Assembly (NCBI GenBank): GCA_030693235.1
Contig: JAUYBE010000016.1
Span: 35,917 to 99,916 of the forward strand
Source of the DNA: a bacterium
Lineage (GTDB): Bacteria > Patescibacteriota > Minisyncoccia > UBA6257 > UBA9933
Direction: 5' to 3'
Length of the DNA stretch: 64,000 nt
The notes beneath the pieces were generated by a model. The model was not told the DNA's origin. It was given only the letters and a program-made list of their open reading frames with translations, and made no database searches. The position numbers were made by a program, and so were the translations under genes. This document shows positions 56,399-64,000 of this stretch, piece by piece. Position 1 is the stretch's first letter, and every line of letters begins with the position of its first letter.

Positions 56399-56674
56399 TT
56401 ACTTCACCGCGTCTTTAAGCGCTTTGCCTGCTTTAAATTTCGGCTTTATTGAAGCCGCGATTTGAATTTTTTCTCCGGTCTTGGGGTTAATTCCCATCCG
56501 AGCCGCTCTTTTCATCACTTTGAAAGCGCCGAAACCGGTGATCGCCACTTCTTCGCCGCGAGCCAATGTTTTGGTAATTGTATCAAAAAACGCTTCAACG
56601 GTTTCGGCGGCTTGTTTTTTCACTTCTATGCCGGTGGCTTTCATTATTGCCTCGATAAATTCTGCTTTGTTCAT
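56399..56674 (-). CDS. hup: HU-family DNA-binding protein
   Basis: MNKAEFIEAIMKATG...AITGFGAFKVMKRAARMGINPKTGEKIQIAASIKPKFKAGKALKDAV. Confidence 0.85.
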   Translation of the reverse strand: MNKAEFIEAIMKATGIEVKKQAAETVEAFFDTITKTLARGEEVAITGFGAFKVMKRAARMGINPKTGEKIQIAASIKPKFKAGKALKDAVK

Positions 56675-56682
56675 TTAATAAT

Positions 56683-56750
56683 TAGGTGTTAGGTGTTGGG
56701 TGTTGGGTGTTAGAATTTACTAAAACCTAAAAACTATAACCTAAAACCTT
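56683..56750. repeat. heptamer-array element, family 4 (inverse orientation of the parA-parB copy)
   Basis: (aggtgtt/gggtgtt)x4 - agaatttac - taaaacctaaaaactataacctaaaacc. Followed at 56805-56835 by a gtcaa(n) array. Confidence 0.6.
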
Positions 56751-56846
56751 ACTATCCTCGACCTTTGGTTTAAGTATGTCAAATTATATAGGAAAAGTCT
56801 ACCTTTTTATTGTCAATCGTCAACAGTCAAAAGTCAATAGTTTTCA

Positions 56847-58373
56847 CTACCTGGCGTATTCCACCGCCCTGACCTCCCTTATCACATTAACTTTAATCTC
56901 TCCCGGATATTTTAACTCTGATTCTATCTTTGCCGCAATATCCTTGGCTAACTGCAAAGCCCTGAAATCGTCTATTTTTTCCGGTGTAACAAAAATCCTT
57001 AATTCCCGGCCCGCGGAAATCGCGTAAGCGCTCTTAACGCCTTCAAAATTTGTCGCGATTTTTTCCAATTCTCCCAGCCGCTTGAGATAATTTTCAACAG
57101 TATCGCGCCGGGCGCCGGGCCGAGCTCCGGATAAAGCATCTGCCGCCGCCACCACATAAGCTTCTGGCAGAGCAAAAGGATACTCCTCATGATGCGCTTC
57201 CATCGCTTTTATTATCTCTTCCGAAACGCCGTATTTTTTAAGAATTTTTCTGCCTAATTCAACGTGGCTTCCTTGAACTTCGTGGTCTATGGACTTACCG
57301 ATGTCGTGAAGCAAAGCCGCTTTTTTGGCCGTTTCAACATTGAGCCCGAGTTCGGCGGCAATCATTGAAGACAAATAAGCCGTTTCAATTGAATGGATTA
57401 AAACATTCTGGCCATAGCTGAATCTGAAATGAAGACGGCCCAAAAGCTGGACGATTTCTTTCGGCAAATCATAAATGCCTACTTCGTAAGCAGCCGCCTC
57501 GCCAAACTCCATTATTTTTTTACCCAATTCCTGTCTGGCCTCTTCAACCTTTTCTTCGATTTTCGCCGGCTGAATCCGGCCATCTTTAATCAATTTTTGC
57601 AAAGCCATTCTGGCAATCTCCCGTCTTGTCGGATCAAACGAAGAAATAACAATGCTGTCCGGCGCTTCGTCAATTATAAATTCAACGCCGGTGGCCCGCT
57701 CCAAAGCCCTGATATTTCTGCCCTCCCGGCCGATAATTTTTCCTTTCAAATCTTCGTCGCCGAGACTGAAAACGCTGGTTGTTATTTCGGCAATATGGGA
57801 CCGGGCGTAACGCTGAATCGCCGTAGTGATAATTTCAACGGATTGGCGTTCAATTTCTTCTCTCCTTGATTTTTCCAGTTTCTGAAGAGTCGTTGATAGT
57901 TCCTCCTGAAATTTATCCTGAATATTTTTCAAAAGCAAACTTTTGGCTTCGTCCGTTGAAAATCCCGCGACCCGTTCCAATTCACCGATAATTTTTTGTT
58001 TTAATCCTTCAACCTCCGACTTGCCGGTTTTTAATCTTTCAAATTCATCTGTTAATTGAGCGTCTTTTCGTTTCAAATCGGAAGCGGTCGTTTCAATCTG
58101 CTCTTCTTTTTTTAAAAGCCTTTCCTCCAAGCGGGTAAGTTGGGTTTTGCTCTCCCGCTCTTCTTTTTTAACTTCTTCCAAAAGAGCCGTGGATTTTCCC
58201 TGGGCATCAAGAATTATTTCTTTGGATTTTAAATTCGCCTCTTCAATCTGTCTCTTGATTTTTTGCTCGATTGAATTGGCCGCTTTAGCGGCGACAAATT
58301 GCCGGATAAAATAACCGGCGACCAGACCAAGAAACGCTAAAACTCCCCAAAAAATCGGACTTTGATAAAACAT
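56847..58373 (-). CDS. rny: ribonuclease Y
   Basis: N-terminal TM, long coiled coil, KH domain, HD domain (LLHDIGK). 508 aa. Confidence 0.85.
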   Translation of the reverse strand: MFYQSPIFWGVLAFLGLVAGYFIRQFVAAKAANSIEQKIKRQIEEANLKSKEIILDAQGKSTALLEEVKKEERESKTQLTRLEERLLKKEEQIETTASDLKRKDAQLTDEFERLKTGKSEVEGLKQKIIGELERVAGFSTDEAKSLLLKNIQDKFQEELSTTLQKLEKSRREEIERQSVEIITTAIQRYARSHIAEITTSVFSLGDEDLKGKIIGREGRNIRALERATGVEFIIDEAPDSIVISSFDPTRREIARMALQKLIKDGRIQPAKIEEKVEEARQELGKKIMEFGEAAAYEVGIYDLPKEIVQLLGRLHFRFSYGQNVLIHSIETAYLSSMIAAELGLNVETAKKAALLHDIGKSIDHEVQGSHVELGRKILKKYGVSEEIIKAMEAHHEEYPFALPEAYVVAAADALSGARPGARRDTVENYLKRLGELEKIATNFEGVKSAYAISAGRELRIFVTPEKIDDFRALQLAKDIAAKIESELKYPGEIKVNVIREVRAVEYAR

Positions 58374-58467
58374 AAATTAAATTGTCCGCTAACTTCTTCA
58401 TAATATTGAATTCGTTAGGAACCGTTAATTCTTTACGATAAATCAATTATAATGCTAAAATAAAACA

Positions 58468-60021
58468 ATGTCAAAAAGAACCGTTGTGTTAATTGTCTTG
58501 GACGGCTGGGGAATGGGACGGCCCGACGAATCCAATCCCATCCACGTCGTCAACCCTCAAAACATCAATTATTTAAAAGCCAATTTTCCGTCAGGCACGC
58601 TTCAGGCCTCGGGAATCAGCGTTGGCCTGCCTTGGGGCGAAGAAGGAAACAGCGAAGTCGGGCATCTTAATCTGGGCGCCGGCAAAATTATTTATCAAAA
58701 CTATCCCCGCATCAGTTTAGCTATCCATGATAAAAGTTTTTTTGAAAATCCGGCTTTGAAAACCGCTTTTGAGCATAGTAAAAAAAATAATTCGGCCGTT
58801 AATCTCGTCGGTTTGTTAAGCGAAGGCAATGTCCATTCTTCATTTGAACATTTACTGGCTTTGATTGATTTCGCCAAAAAAGAAGGAGTGAAAATAAATC
58901 TGCATCTTTTCACCGACGGCCGGGACAGCCGACCAGATTCCGCCTTGGAATTATTGGCCAAACTTCCGAAAGAAGATTTTGTCCGTCTTTCCAGTTTAAG
59001 CGGCCGGTTTTACGCCATGGACCGCGAAAAACATTGGGACAGAACCCAAAAAACTTACTCTGTTTTAACCGGCGACGGACCAACAACCGATAATATTGAA
59101 ACCCATATTAAAAAAACTTACGAACGAAAATTTAACGACGAATTCGTGGAACCCGTAAGTTTGATAAGTCCGATAAGTCCAATAGGACCAATTAAAGATA
59201 ACGATTCAATTATTTTTTTCAATTTTCGGGAAGACCGGATGAAACAAATCGCTTCGGCTTTTATTGATAAAAATTTCCGAAATTTTCCGGTGAAAAATTT
59301 CAATAATCTTTATGTCGCCGCGATGGTTCAATACGACGACGATTTTAACGTTCCGATAGCTTTTCCGCCGAAAAAAATTGAAACTTGTTTGGGAAAAATT
59401 TTAGCCGAACGCGAAAAAAATCAGCTCCGAATCGCCGAAACCCAGAAATACCCGCACATCACTTATTTCTTCAACGGAATGAGAGAAGAGCCGTTTAAAA
59501 ACGAATACCGCATTCTTATTCCCTCAAAAACCATTATCCGCCAAGACGAACATCCGGAAATGATGGCTAATGAAATCACCACTCGTATTATTGAATCAAT
59601 CGGCGAAAGCGCTTTTGATTTTATTCTGGCGAATTACGCCAATCCCGATATGATCGCCCATACCGGCAATTACGAAGCTTGTATCAAAGCGGTTGAAATA
59701 ATTGACGAGCAAATCGGCAAAATCACCAAAGCGATCCTGGAATCAAACGCCGTTTTGATTATCACTTCCGACCACGGCAATATGGAAAGAGTTTTTAATC
59801 CTTTGACCGGCGAACCGGAAACCCAACACGACCCGAATCCGGTGCCGATTTATTTGGTGGCGAAAGAATACATGCGGCCAAGAACCGGAATAGAAATCCG
59901 GCAATCCGAAAGAGAAAGCGTAGGCGTTTTGGCCGATATAACGCCGACTGTTTTGGAACTGCTCGGAATTCCCAAACCCAAAGAAATGACCGGAAGAAGT
60001 TTGTTGTCTTTTTTAAATTAA
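58468..60021 (+). CDS. gpmI: 2,3-bisphosphoglycerate-independent phosphoglycerate mutase with a short in-frame low-complexity insertion
   Basis: VLIVLDGWGMG, catalytic Ser region, 517 aa. LISPISPIGPIK is encoded by gataagtccgataagtccaataggaccaatt at 59160-59192. Confidence 0.85.
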   Translation: MSKRTVVLIVLDGWGMGRPDESNPIHVVNPQNINYLKANFPSGTLQASGISVGLPWGEEGNSEVGHLNLGAGKIIYQNYPRISLAIHDKSFFENPALKTAFEHSKKNNSAVNLVGLLSEGNVHSSFEHLLALIDFAKKEGVKINLHLFTDGRDSRPDSALELLAKLPKEDFVRLSSLSGRFYAMDREKHWDRTQKTYSVLTGDGPTTDNIETHIKKTYERKFNDEFVEPVSLISPISPIGPIKDNDSIIFFNFREDRMKQIASAFIDKNFRNFPVKNFNNLYVAAMVQYDDDFNVPIAFPPKKIETCLGKILAEREKNQLRIAETQKYPHITYFFNGMREEPFKNEYRILIPSKTIIRQDEHPEMMANEITTRIIESIGESAFDFILANYANPDMIAHTGNYEACIKAVEIIDEQIGKITKAILESNAVLIITSDHGNMERVFNPLTGEPETQHDPNPVPIYLVAKEYMRPRTGIEIRQSERESVGVLADITPTVLELLGIPKPKEMTGRSLLSFLN

Positions 60022-61047
60022 ACCAATCTTTTTTTTAACCTCTTCCATAGTGACTTGAGCGACAATCCGGGCTTTGGCGGCGCCGGTTTCCAGAATTTTC
60101 ATAATTTTTTGAGGCTGGGCTTTTAATCGCTTTTTTGTTTTTTGAAAAGGAGAGAGGTAGGCGACTATGACTTCCGTTAAATCTTTTTTAAAATCTCCAT
60201 AGCTCTTGTCTTTATATTTCTTTTCAATGCTTTTAATTGACTGCCCTGCCATCGCCTGATAAATTTTCATCAGATTGGAAATTGCCGGCTTGTTTTTGGA
60301 ATCATATTTGATTTCACGGCCGGAATCGGTGACGGCTTTTTTGATTTTCCCGCGAATTATTTCCGGCGAATCGTCCAAAAACAAACAACCGGCAGGCAAG
60401 GATTTAGACATTTTTTTATTCGGATTATCCAGACTCATCAATCGCGGAACTTCTGTTAAAAGCGGCTTAGGTTCAATAAAAGTCTCGCCAAATTTGCCGT
60501 TGAATTTTCTAACTAGCATGCGGGCAAATTCCAAATGTTGAAGCTGGTCCTCGCCAACAGGGACAAATTCGGTTTTGTAAATCAGAATGTCGGCGGCCAT
60601 AAGAACGGGATATTCCGCCAAACCAAAGTTGGATTTTCCAATAATTTCGTCCAATTTCTCTTTCGTAATTTTTTTTCTATCAGATAATTTAAGCGGCTGA
60701 AGCACTTTTTCTTTGAAAGCCGTCATGCGCATAAGCTCGCTTACGGGCGTAAGAGTGCTTAGAATCCATTTCAGTTCTTGAAGGGATTGAATTTTTGATT
60801 GTTGGAAAATAATTGATTTTTTCGGATCAAGTCCGGCCGCCAAAAAATCCATCGCCAGATTTATAATATTAACGCTTAAATCTTTTGCCTCCGGATTTTC
60901 CGTCAGGGCGTGCAAGTCAGCAATGAAAAAATAACATTGGTATCTGCCGGTGTTCTGCAAATCGACAAAATTTTTCAAAGCGCCCAAATAATTCCCGATA
61001 TGAAGTTTTCCGCTCGGCTGAATGCCGGAGATGAGAATGGGTTTCAT
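60013..61047 (-). CDS. trpS: tryptophanyl-tRNA synthetase
   Basis: SGIQPSGKLHIGNYLGAL (HIGH) and KMSKS (KKMSKSLP). 344 aa. Confidence 0.85.
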   Translation of the reverse strand: MKPILISGIQPSGKLHIGNYLGALKNFVDLQNTGRYQCYFFIADLHALTENPEAKDLSVNIINLAMDFLAAGLDPKKSIIFQQSKIQSLQELKWILSTLTPVSELMRMTAFKEKVLQPLKLSDRKKITKEKLDEIIGKSNFGLAEYPVLMAADILIYKTEFVPVGEDQLQHLEFARMLVRKFNGKFGETFIEPKPLLTEVPRLMSLDNPNKKMSKSLPAGCLFLDDSPEIIRGKIKKAVTDSGREIKYDSKNKPAISNLMKIYQAMAGQSIKSIEKKYKDKSYGDFKKDLTEVIVAYLSPFQKTKKRLKAQPQKIMKILETGAAKARIVAQVTMEEVKKKIGLI

Positions 61048-62759
61048 ACCTCTATAATAACCGGCAAAACCATCGGTCTTCTTTTGGTTTTATTGTACAA
61101 AAACAAGCCGACTTGGTCGCGCATTATGGCTTTAATATAATCGGAATCAAGTTGTTGTTGTCTGGGAATTCTGGCAACAAGGCTTTTAACGCGTTTTCTT
61201 AAATCCTCAACGAATTCTTTGTGCTCGCGAAGATAAATAAAACCGCGGGAAATAATATCGGGGTTTTTAAGAAATCGGCCGGTATGGCGATCCAAAGTGG
61301 CGATAATCACCACCATTCCTTCCTGGGCCAAAGTCCGGCGATCGCGCATCACCACCTCGCCGACGTCGCCGACTCCCAAACCGTCAACCATAATATAATA
61401 TGAAGGAACTGTTTCTTCGGTTATTCTGGCGGAATCTTTAGTAAGTAAAACCACCTGGCCGTTATCGGCTAAAATCGTTTCCTCGGGTTTTAATTTTAAA
61501 ACCTCTTGAGCATGCTGGGCGTTCCTCCACCGCATAAAATAATAACCGTGCATTGGAATAAAAAATCTTGGCTTAATAAACTTCATTACAATTTTAAGCT
61601 CTTCCTGGGGGGCATGACCGCTGGAATGAATGTCCATCATTTTATAGTGATAAACCAAAGCGCCTTGGCGAGAAATATTGTCTTTTAATATCTGGACGCT
61701 TCTCTCGTTTCCCGGAACGATTGATGAAGATAGAATCACCGTGTCTCCTTTTTTTATTTGGACATGACGATGTTCTCCATTGGCAATTTTCATTAAGCTG
61801 GCATTGGGTTCTCCTTGCGCTCCGGTGCAAAGAATTAGCAGTTTATCGTCATGGTATTTGGAAATTGACTCTAATGGAATAATGGCGCCTTTTTGAGCCT
61901 TTATAAAGCCGAGGTTTTGGGCAATCTGAATATTGGTTTTCATTGACAAACCGCTGATGGCGATTTTTCTGTCAAGCCGTTCGGCGATTTTAATAATCTC
62001 GGCTAAACGGTCAAGCAAAGAAGCGAAGGTTCCGACAATAATTCTTCCTTCGGCTTTCTTAAAGAGTTTTTCCAACTCCTGTTCCACCACTCTTTCGGAA
62101 ACTGAATAACCCGGCTCCTCGGCTCCGGTCGATTCAAGCAATAGGGTATGAATTTTTTGCTCGCCGATTTTTTTCCAAATATCCAAGCCACGCGGTTTTC
62201 CATCAATGTCATAATCAAATTTAAATTCTCCTCCGTGGACAATCTTGCCGATTGGCGTATCTAAAATTACGCCGAAACCTTCCGGGATATTATGGGTAAC
62301 GCCAAAAAACTCGGCTTTGAAATGTTCTGAGAGTTGGCGAGTCTCGCCCGCTTTAATAATCTCAAATTCGAGTTTTGGCGCGTTGGGAAAATCTTTTTGG
62401 CGCCTTTGAATTATCTCCTTGGCGAGCGCTGTGGTAAAAATAATCGGATTTCCCAGTTTTTGAACGATATGGGGAATGGCTCCGATATGGTCGTAATGAG
62501 CGTGAGTGATAATCAACGCTTTTATTTTTTCTTTTTTCGATTCAAGGTATTCAATGTTGGGTATAATGTAATCAATTCCGGGCGTATCTTCTTCCGGAAA
62601 TTGCAAACCGGCGTCAATAATAATTATCTCGTCCTGATATTCAAAAACCATCATATTGCGGCCGATTTCTTCCAAACCGCCCAAAGCGACAAAACGAACC
62701 GCGTCTTTATGAGTCGCGTCTTCTTTTGTTTTCGGTTTTATTGTTTTTAATTTATTCAT
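61044..62759 (-). CDS. rnj: ribonuclease J (metallo-beta-lactamase/beta-CASP)
   Basis: HAHYDHIGAIPH motif, beta-CASP region and C-terminal domain. 571 aa. Confidence 0.85.
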   Translation of the reverse strand: MNKLKTIKPKTKEDATHKDAVRFVALGGLEEIGRNMMVFEYQDEIIIIDAGLQFPEEDTPGIDYIIPNIEYLESKKEKIKALIITHAHYDHIGAIPHIVQKLGNPIIFTTALAKEIIQRRQKDFPNAPKLEFEIIKAGETRQLSEHFKAEFFGVTHNIPEGFGVILDTPIGKIVHGGEFKFDYDIDGKPRGLDIWKKIGEQKIHTLLLESTGAEEPGYSVSERVVEQELEKLFKKAEGRIIVGTFASLLDRLAEIIKIAERLDRKIAISGLSMKTNIQIAQNLGFIKAQKGAIIPLESISKYHDDKLLILCTGAQGEPNASLMKIANGEHRHVQIKKGDTVILSSSIVPGNERSVQILKDNISRQGALVYHYKMMDIHSSGHAPQEELKIVMKFIKPRFFIPMHGYYFMRWRNAQHAQEVLKLKPEETILADNGQVVLLTKDSARITEETVPSYYIMVDGLGVGDVGEVVMRDRRTLAQEGMVVIIATLDRHTGRFLKNPDIISRGFIYLREHKEFVEDLRKRVKSLVARIPRQQQLDSDYIKAIMRDQVGLFLYNKTKRRPMVLPVIIEV

Positions 62760-62769
62760 ATTATTCTGG

Positions 62770-62853
62770 TGCCGAAGGAGGGACTTGAACCCTCAAGCCC
62801 TTGCGGGCACAGCGTTCTGAACACTGCGTGTTTGCCAATTTCACCACTTCGGC
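62770..62853 (-). tRNA. tRNA-Leu (anticodon CAG)
   Basis: Reverse complement gccgaag...cagtg-ttCAGaa-cgctg (one G-U pair), long variable arm cccgcaagggc. Acceptor gccgaag/cttcggc, discriminator A. Confidence 0.75.
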
Positions 62854-62892
62854 AAATATGCGAGAATTTATTTAGAAATTAGGATTTAGAAA

Positions 62893-63237
62893 TTAGAAAT
62901 TTTGTTTCCCTCTGCCTTCGTATTTTTCGAAAATTGCCCAAAAACTTAAAATTTTATCTCCCTGATTATACACTTTGTGAAAATTGCCCTTAGGAACAAG
63001 CATTAAATCGCCGCTTTTCACTTTAAAAGTTTTCAGCCCAATTTCCATAGTTCCATTACCGTCAATAAACACATAAACTTCGTCGGTATTATCATGTGAA
63101 TGTCCGCCGGTTGATTTATTTTGATAAAGCTCGGTTAGAGAAACATTAAAATTTTCCAAAGCAAGCAAGTCGTAAACCTTGTAGGTATTATTGTCTCGTA
63201 TAAGATTGGCAATTTGTTTATATTCTCTAATATCCAT
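62893..63237 (-). CDS. cupin-domain protein
   Basis: GGHSHDNTDEVYVFIDGNGTMEIGLKTFKVKSGDLMLVPKGNFHKV. Confidence 0.55.
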   Translation of the reverse strand: MDIREYKQIANLIRDNNTYKVYDLLALENFNVSLTELYQNKSTGGHSHDNTDEVYVFIDGNGTMEIGLKTFKVKSGDLMLVPKGNFHKVYNQGDKILSFWAIFEKYEGRGKQNF

Positions 63238-63370
63238 AGATAAATGTCAATAAAAATTATTCTAATCGAATCCCAATAATTAAATAACTAATTATTTTAA
63301 TTTTTATTTGGGGCTTTATTCATTGGGATTTATTTAGGTCAATTAGGTTAATTAGAATAATTAGGTTAAT

Positions 63371-64000
63371 TTACTTAAATATTCTCGCTGTTTTAATATA
63401 CCATTTTTCAATATTTTTGAATCGGTCGCTTGAAAGCGAAATAATCCTTCGACTCTGCTCAGGATCATCAAATCCTTTCAGCGATGTTTTGGCGATATAA
63501 AAATAATCAGGTGAATAAAGAAAGATCGCCGGCATATCCCGAATAATCAACGATTGCAAAGCCGCCAAATCGCGCTCGCGATTCCGTTCGTTCAAATTTT
63601 TCCTGATTGATTCAATCAAGGAATCCGCCGTTTTATTTTCGTAAAGAGCCAGATTGAAGCCGGGGTAAAACCGCTCGGACGAATGCCAAAACGAAGACAG
63701 ATCAGGAACATTGTTGTTCCTGAAAATATTGCCGAAGATGAGCATTTCATAATCCCTGTTTTTGGCAACTTCGTTGCCGATCTCGGCCGTTGAACGGATA
63801 ATCAAATTCAATTTTACGCCGATTTTGGACCAATCTTCTTTTATCAAATTGGCGGTTTCAACTAAAAAAGATATTTGCGGAACGACTAAATTAAATTCTA
63901 ACCGTTCCAGTTCTTTTTTGATTTTTTTCTCCCGAACTCCCCCGTCGTTTAACTGCCAACCGAGATTATCCAAAATTTGATTCGCCTTTTCCAAAGAAAA
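63371..64000 (-). CDS. ABC transporter substrate-binding protein (family 5, peptide/nickel type), C-terminal part; gene continues beyond window end
   Basis: C-terminal SBP_bac_5-like region (…DYEMLIFGN…YPGFNLALYENKTADSL…YSPDYFYIAKTSLKGFD). Open to the window edge. Confidence 0.45.
   Translation of the reverse strand, partial: FSLEKANQILDNLGWQLNDGGVREKKIKKELERLEFNLVVPQISFLVETANLIKEDWSKIGVKLNLIIRSTAEIGNEVAKNRDYEMLIFGNIFRNNNVPDLSSFWHSSERFYPGFNLALYENKTADSLIESIRKNLNERNRERDLAALQSLIIRDMPAIFLYSPDYFYIAKTSLKGFDDPEQSRRIISLSSDRFKNIEKWYIKTARIFK

Noticed and set aside
59160-59192. gataagtccgataagtccaataggaccaatt in gpmI as a possible member of the GCGGACT repeat family
   Set aside because: It shares only the AGTCC core and is a short local triplication encoding LISPISPIGPIK. 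There is insufficient similarity to assign it to family 3, so it is treated as an independent low-complexity insertion.
1-64000. Possibility of an alternative genetic code (UGA or UAG reassignment) explaining the in-frame TAG at 10988
   Set aside because: TGA, TAA and TAG all terminate conserved proteins at their expected ends in this window. Examples are the wbaP-like gene ending in TGA and pth ending in TAG. There is no global recoding, and the TAG is treated as a local lesion or read-through candidate.

Overview
This 64 kb window is AT-rich with compact, mostly overlapping or adjacent genes on both strands, consistent with a reduced bacterial genome. The 1.4-31.2 kb stretch is a large Wzx/Wzy-type cell-surface glycan locus: a WbaP-like initiating phosphotransferase, a Wzx flippase, a UDP-L-FucNAc-type FnlA/FnlB/FnlC module with the CapF-like reductase and cupin domains encoded as separate ORFs, tandem Gmd and Gmd-like SDR genes beside a TylC3-like sugar C-methyltransferase, five or six further methyltransferases, at least seven glycosyltransferases, two Wzy/O-antigen-ligase-like membrane proteins and an AsnB amidotransferase. 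The remainder carries housekeeping genes: partial hisS, lepB, pth, clpB, comM, rplS, an RluA-family pseudouridine synthase, parA/parB, murI, cca, HU, rny, gpmI, trpS, RNase J, an ECF sigma/anti-sigma pair and 8 tRNAs (Leu x3, Ala, Pro, Arg, Lys, Gly). There are also two putative type II toxin-antitoxin pairs, two four-helix-bundle ('23S rRNA IVS') proteins and a large peptidoglycan-anchored surface protein. The most unusual content is several families of short dispersed repeats that sit in-frame inside conserved genes (pth, parB, clpB, asnB, cca, gpmI, rluA-like, glycosyltransferases) without destroying the ORFs: a GTCATTGCGAG...GAAGCAATC palindromic element, a twin GGACATCCGATGTCC palindrome, GCGGACT-type oligomer runs, and GGTGTTA/GTTTTAG heptamer-array elements. 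A GxxExxY module bracketed by the GCGGACT-type repeats lies in-frame inside an O-antigen-ligase-like gene. A Fic gene with a degenerate motif is flanked by a duplicated 5' end of the adjacent GT2 gene. A LamG-NlpC/P60 cell-wall hydrolase is split by a single in-frame TAG. GT2 and XRE-HTH gene remnants are also present. No CRISPR array, rRNA gene or classical transposase was seen. All identifications rest on motif recognition in the supplied translations; no database search was possible.
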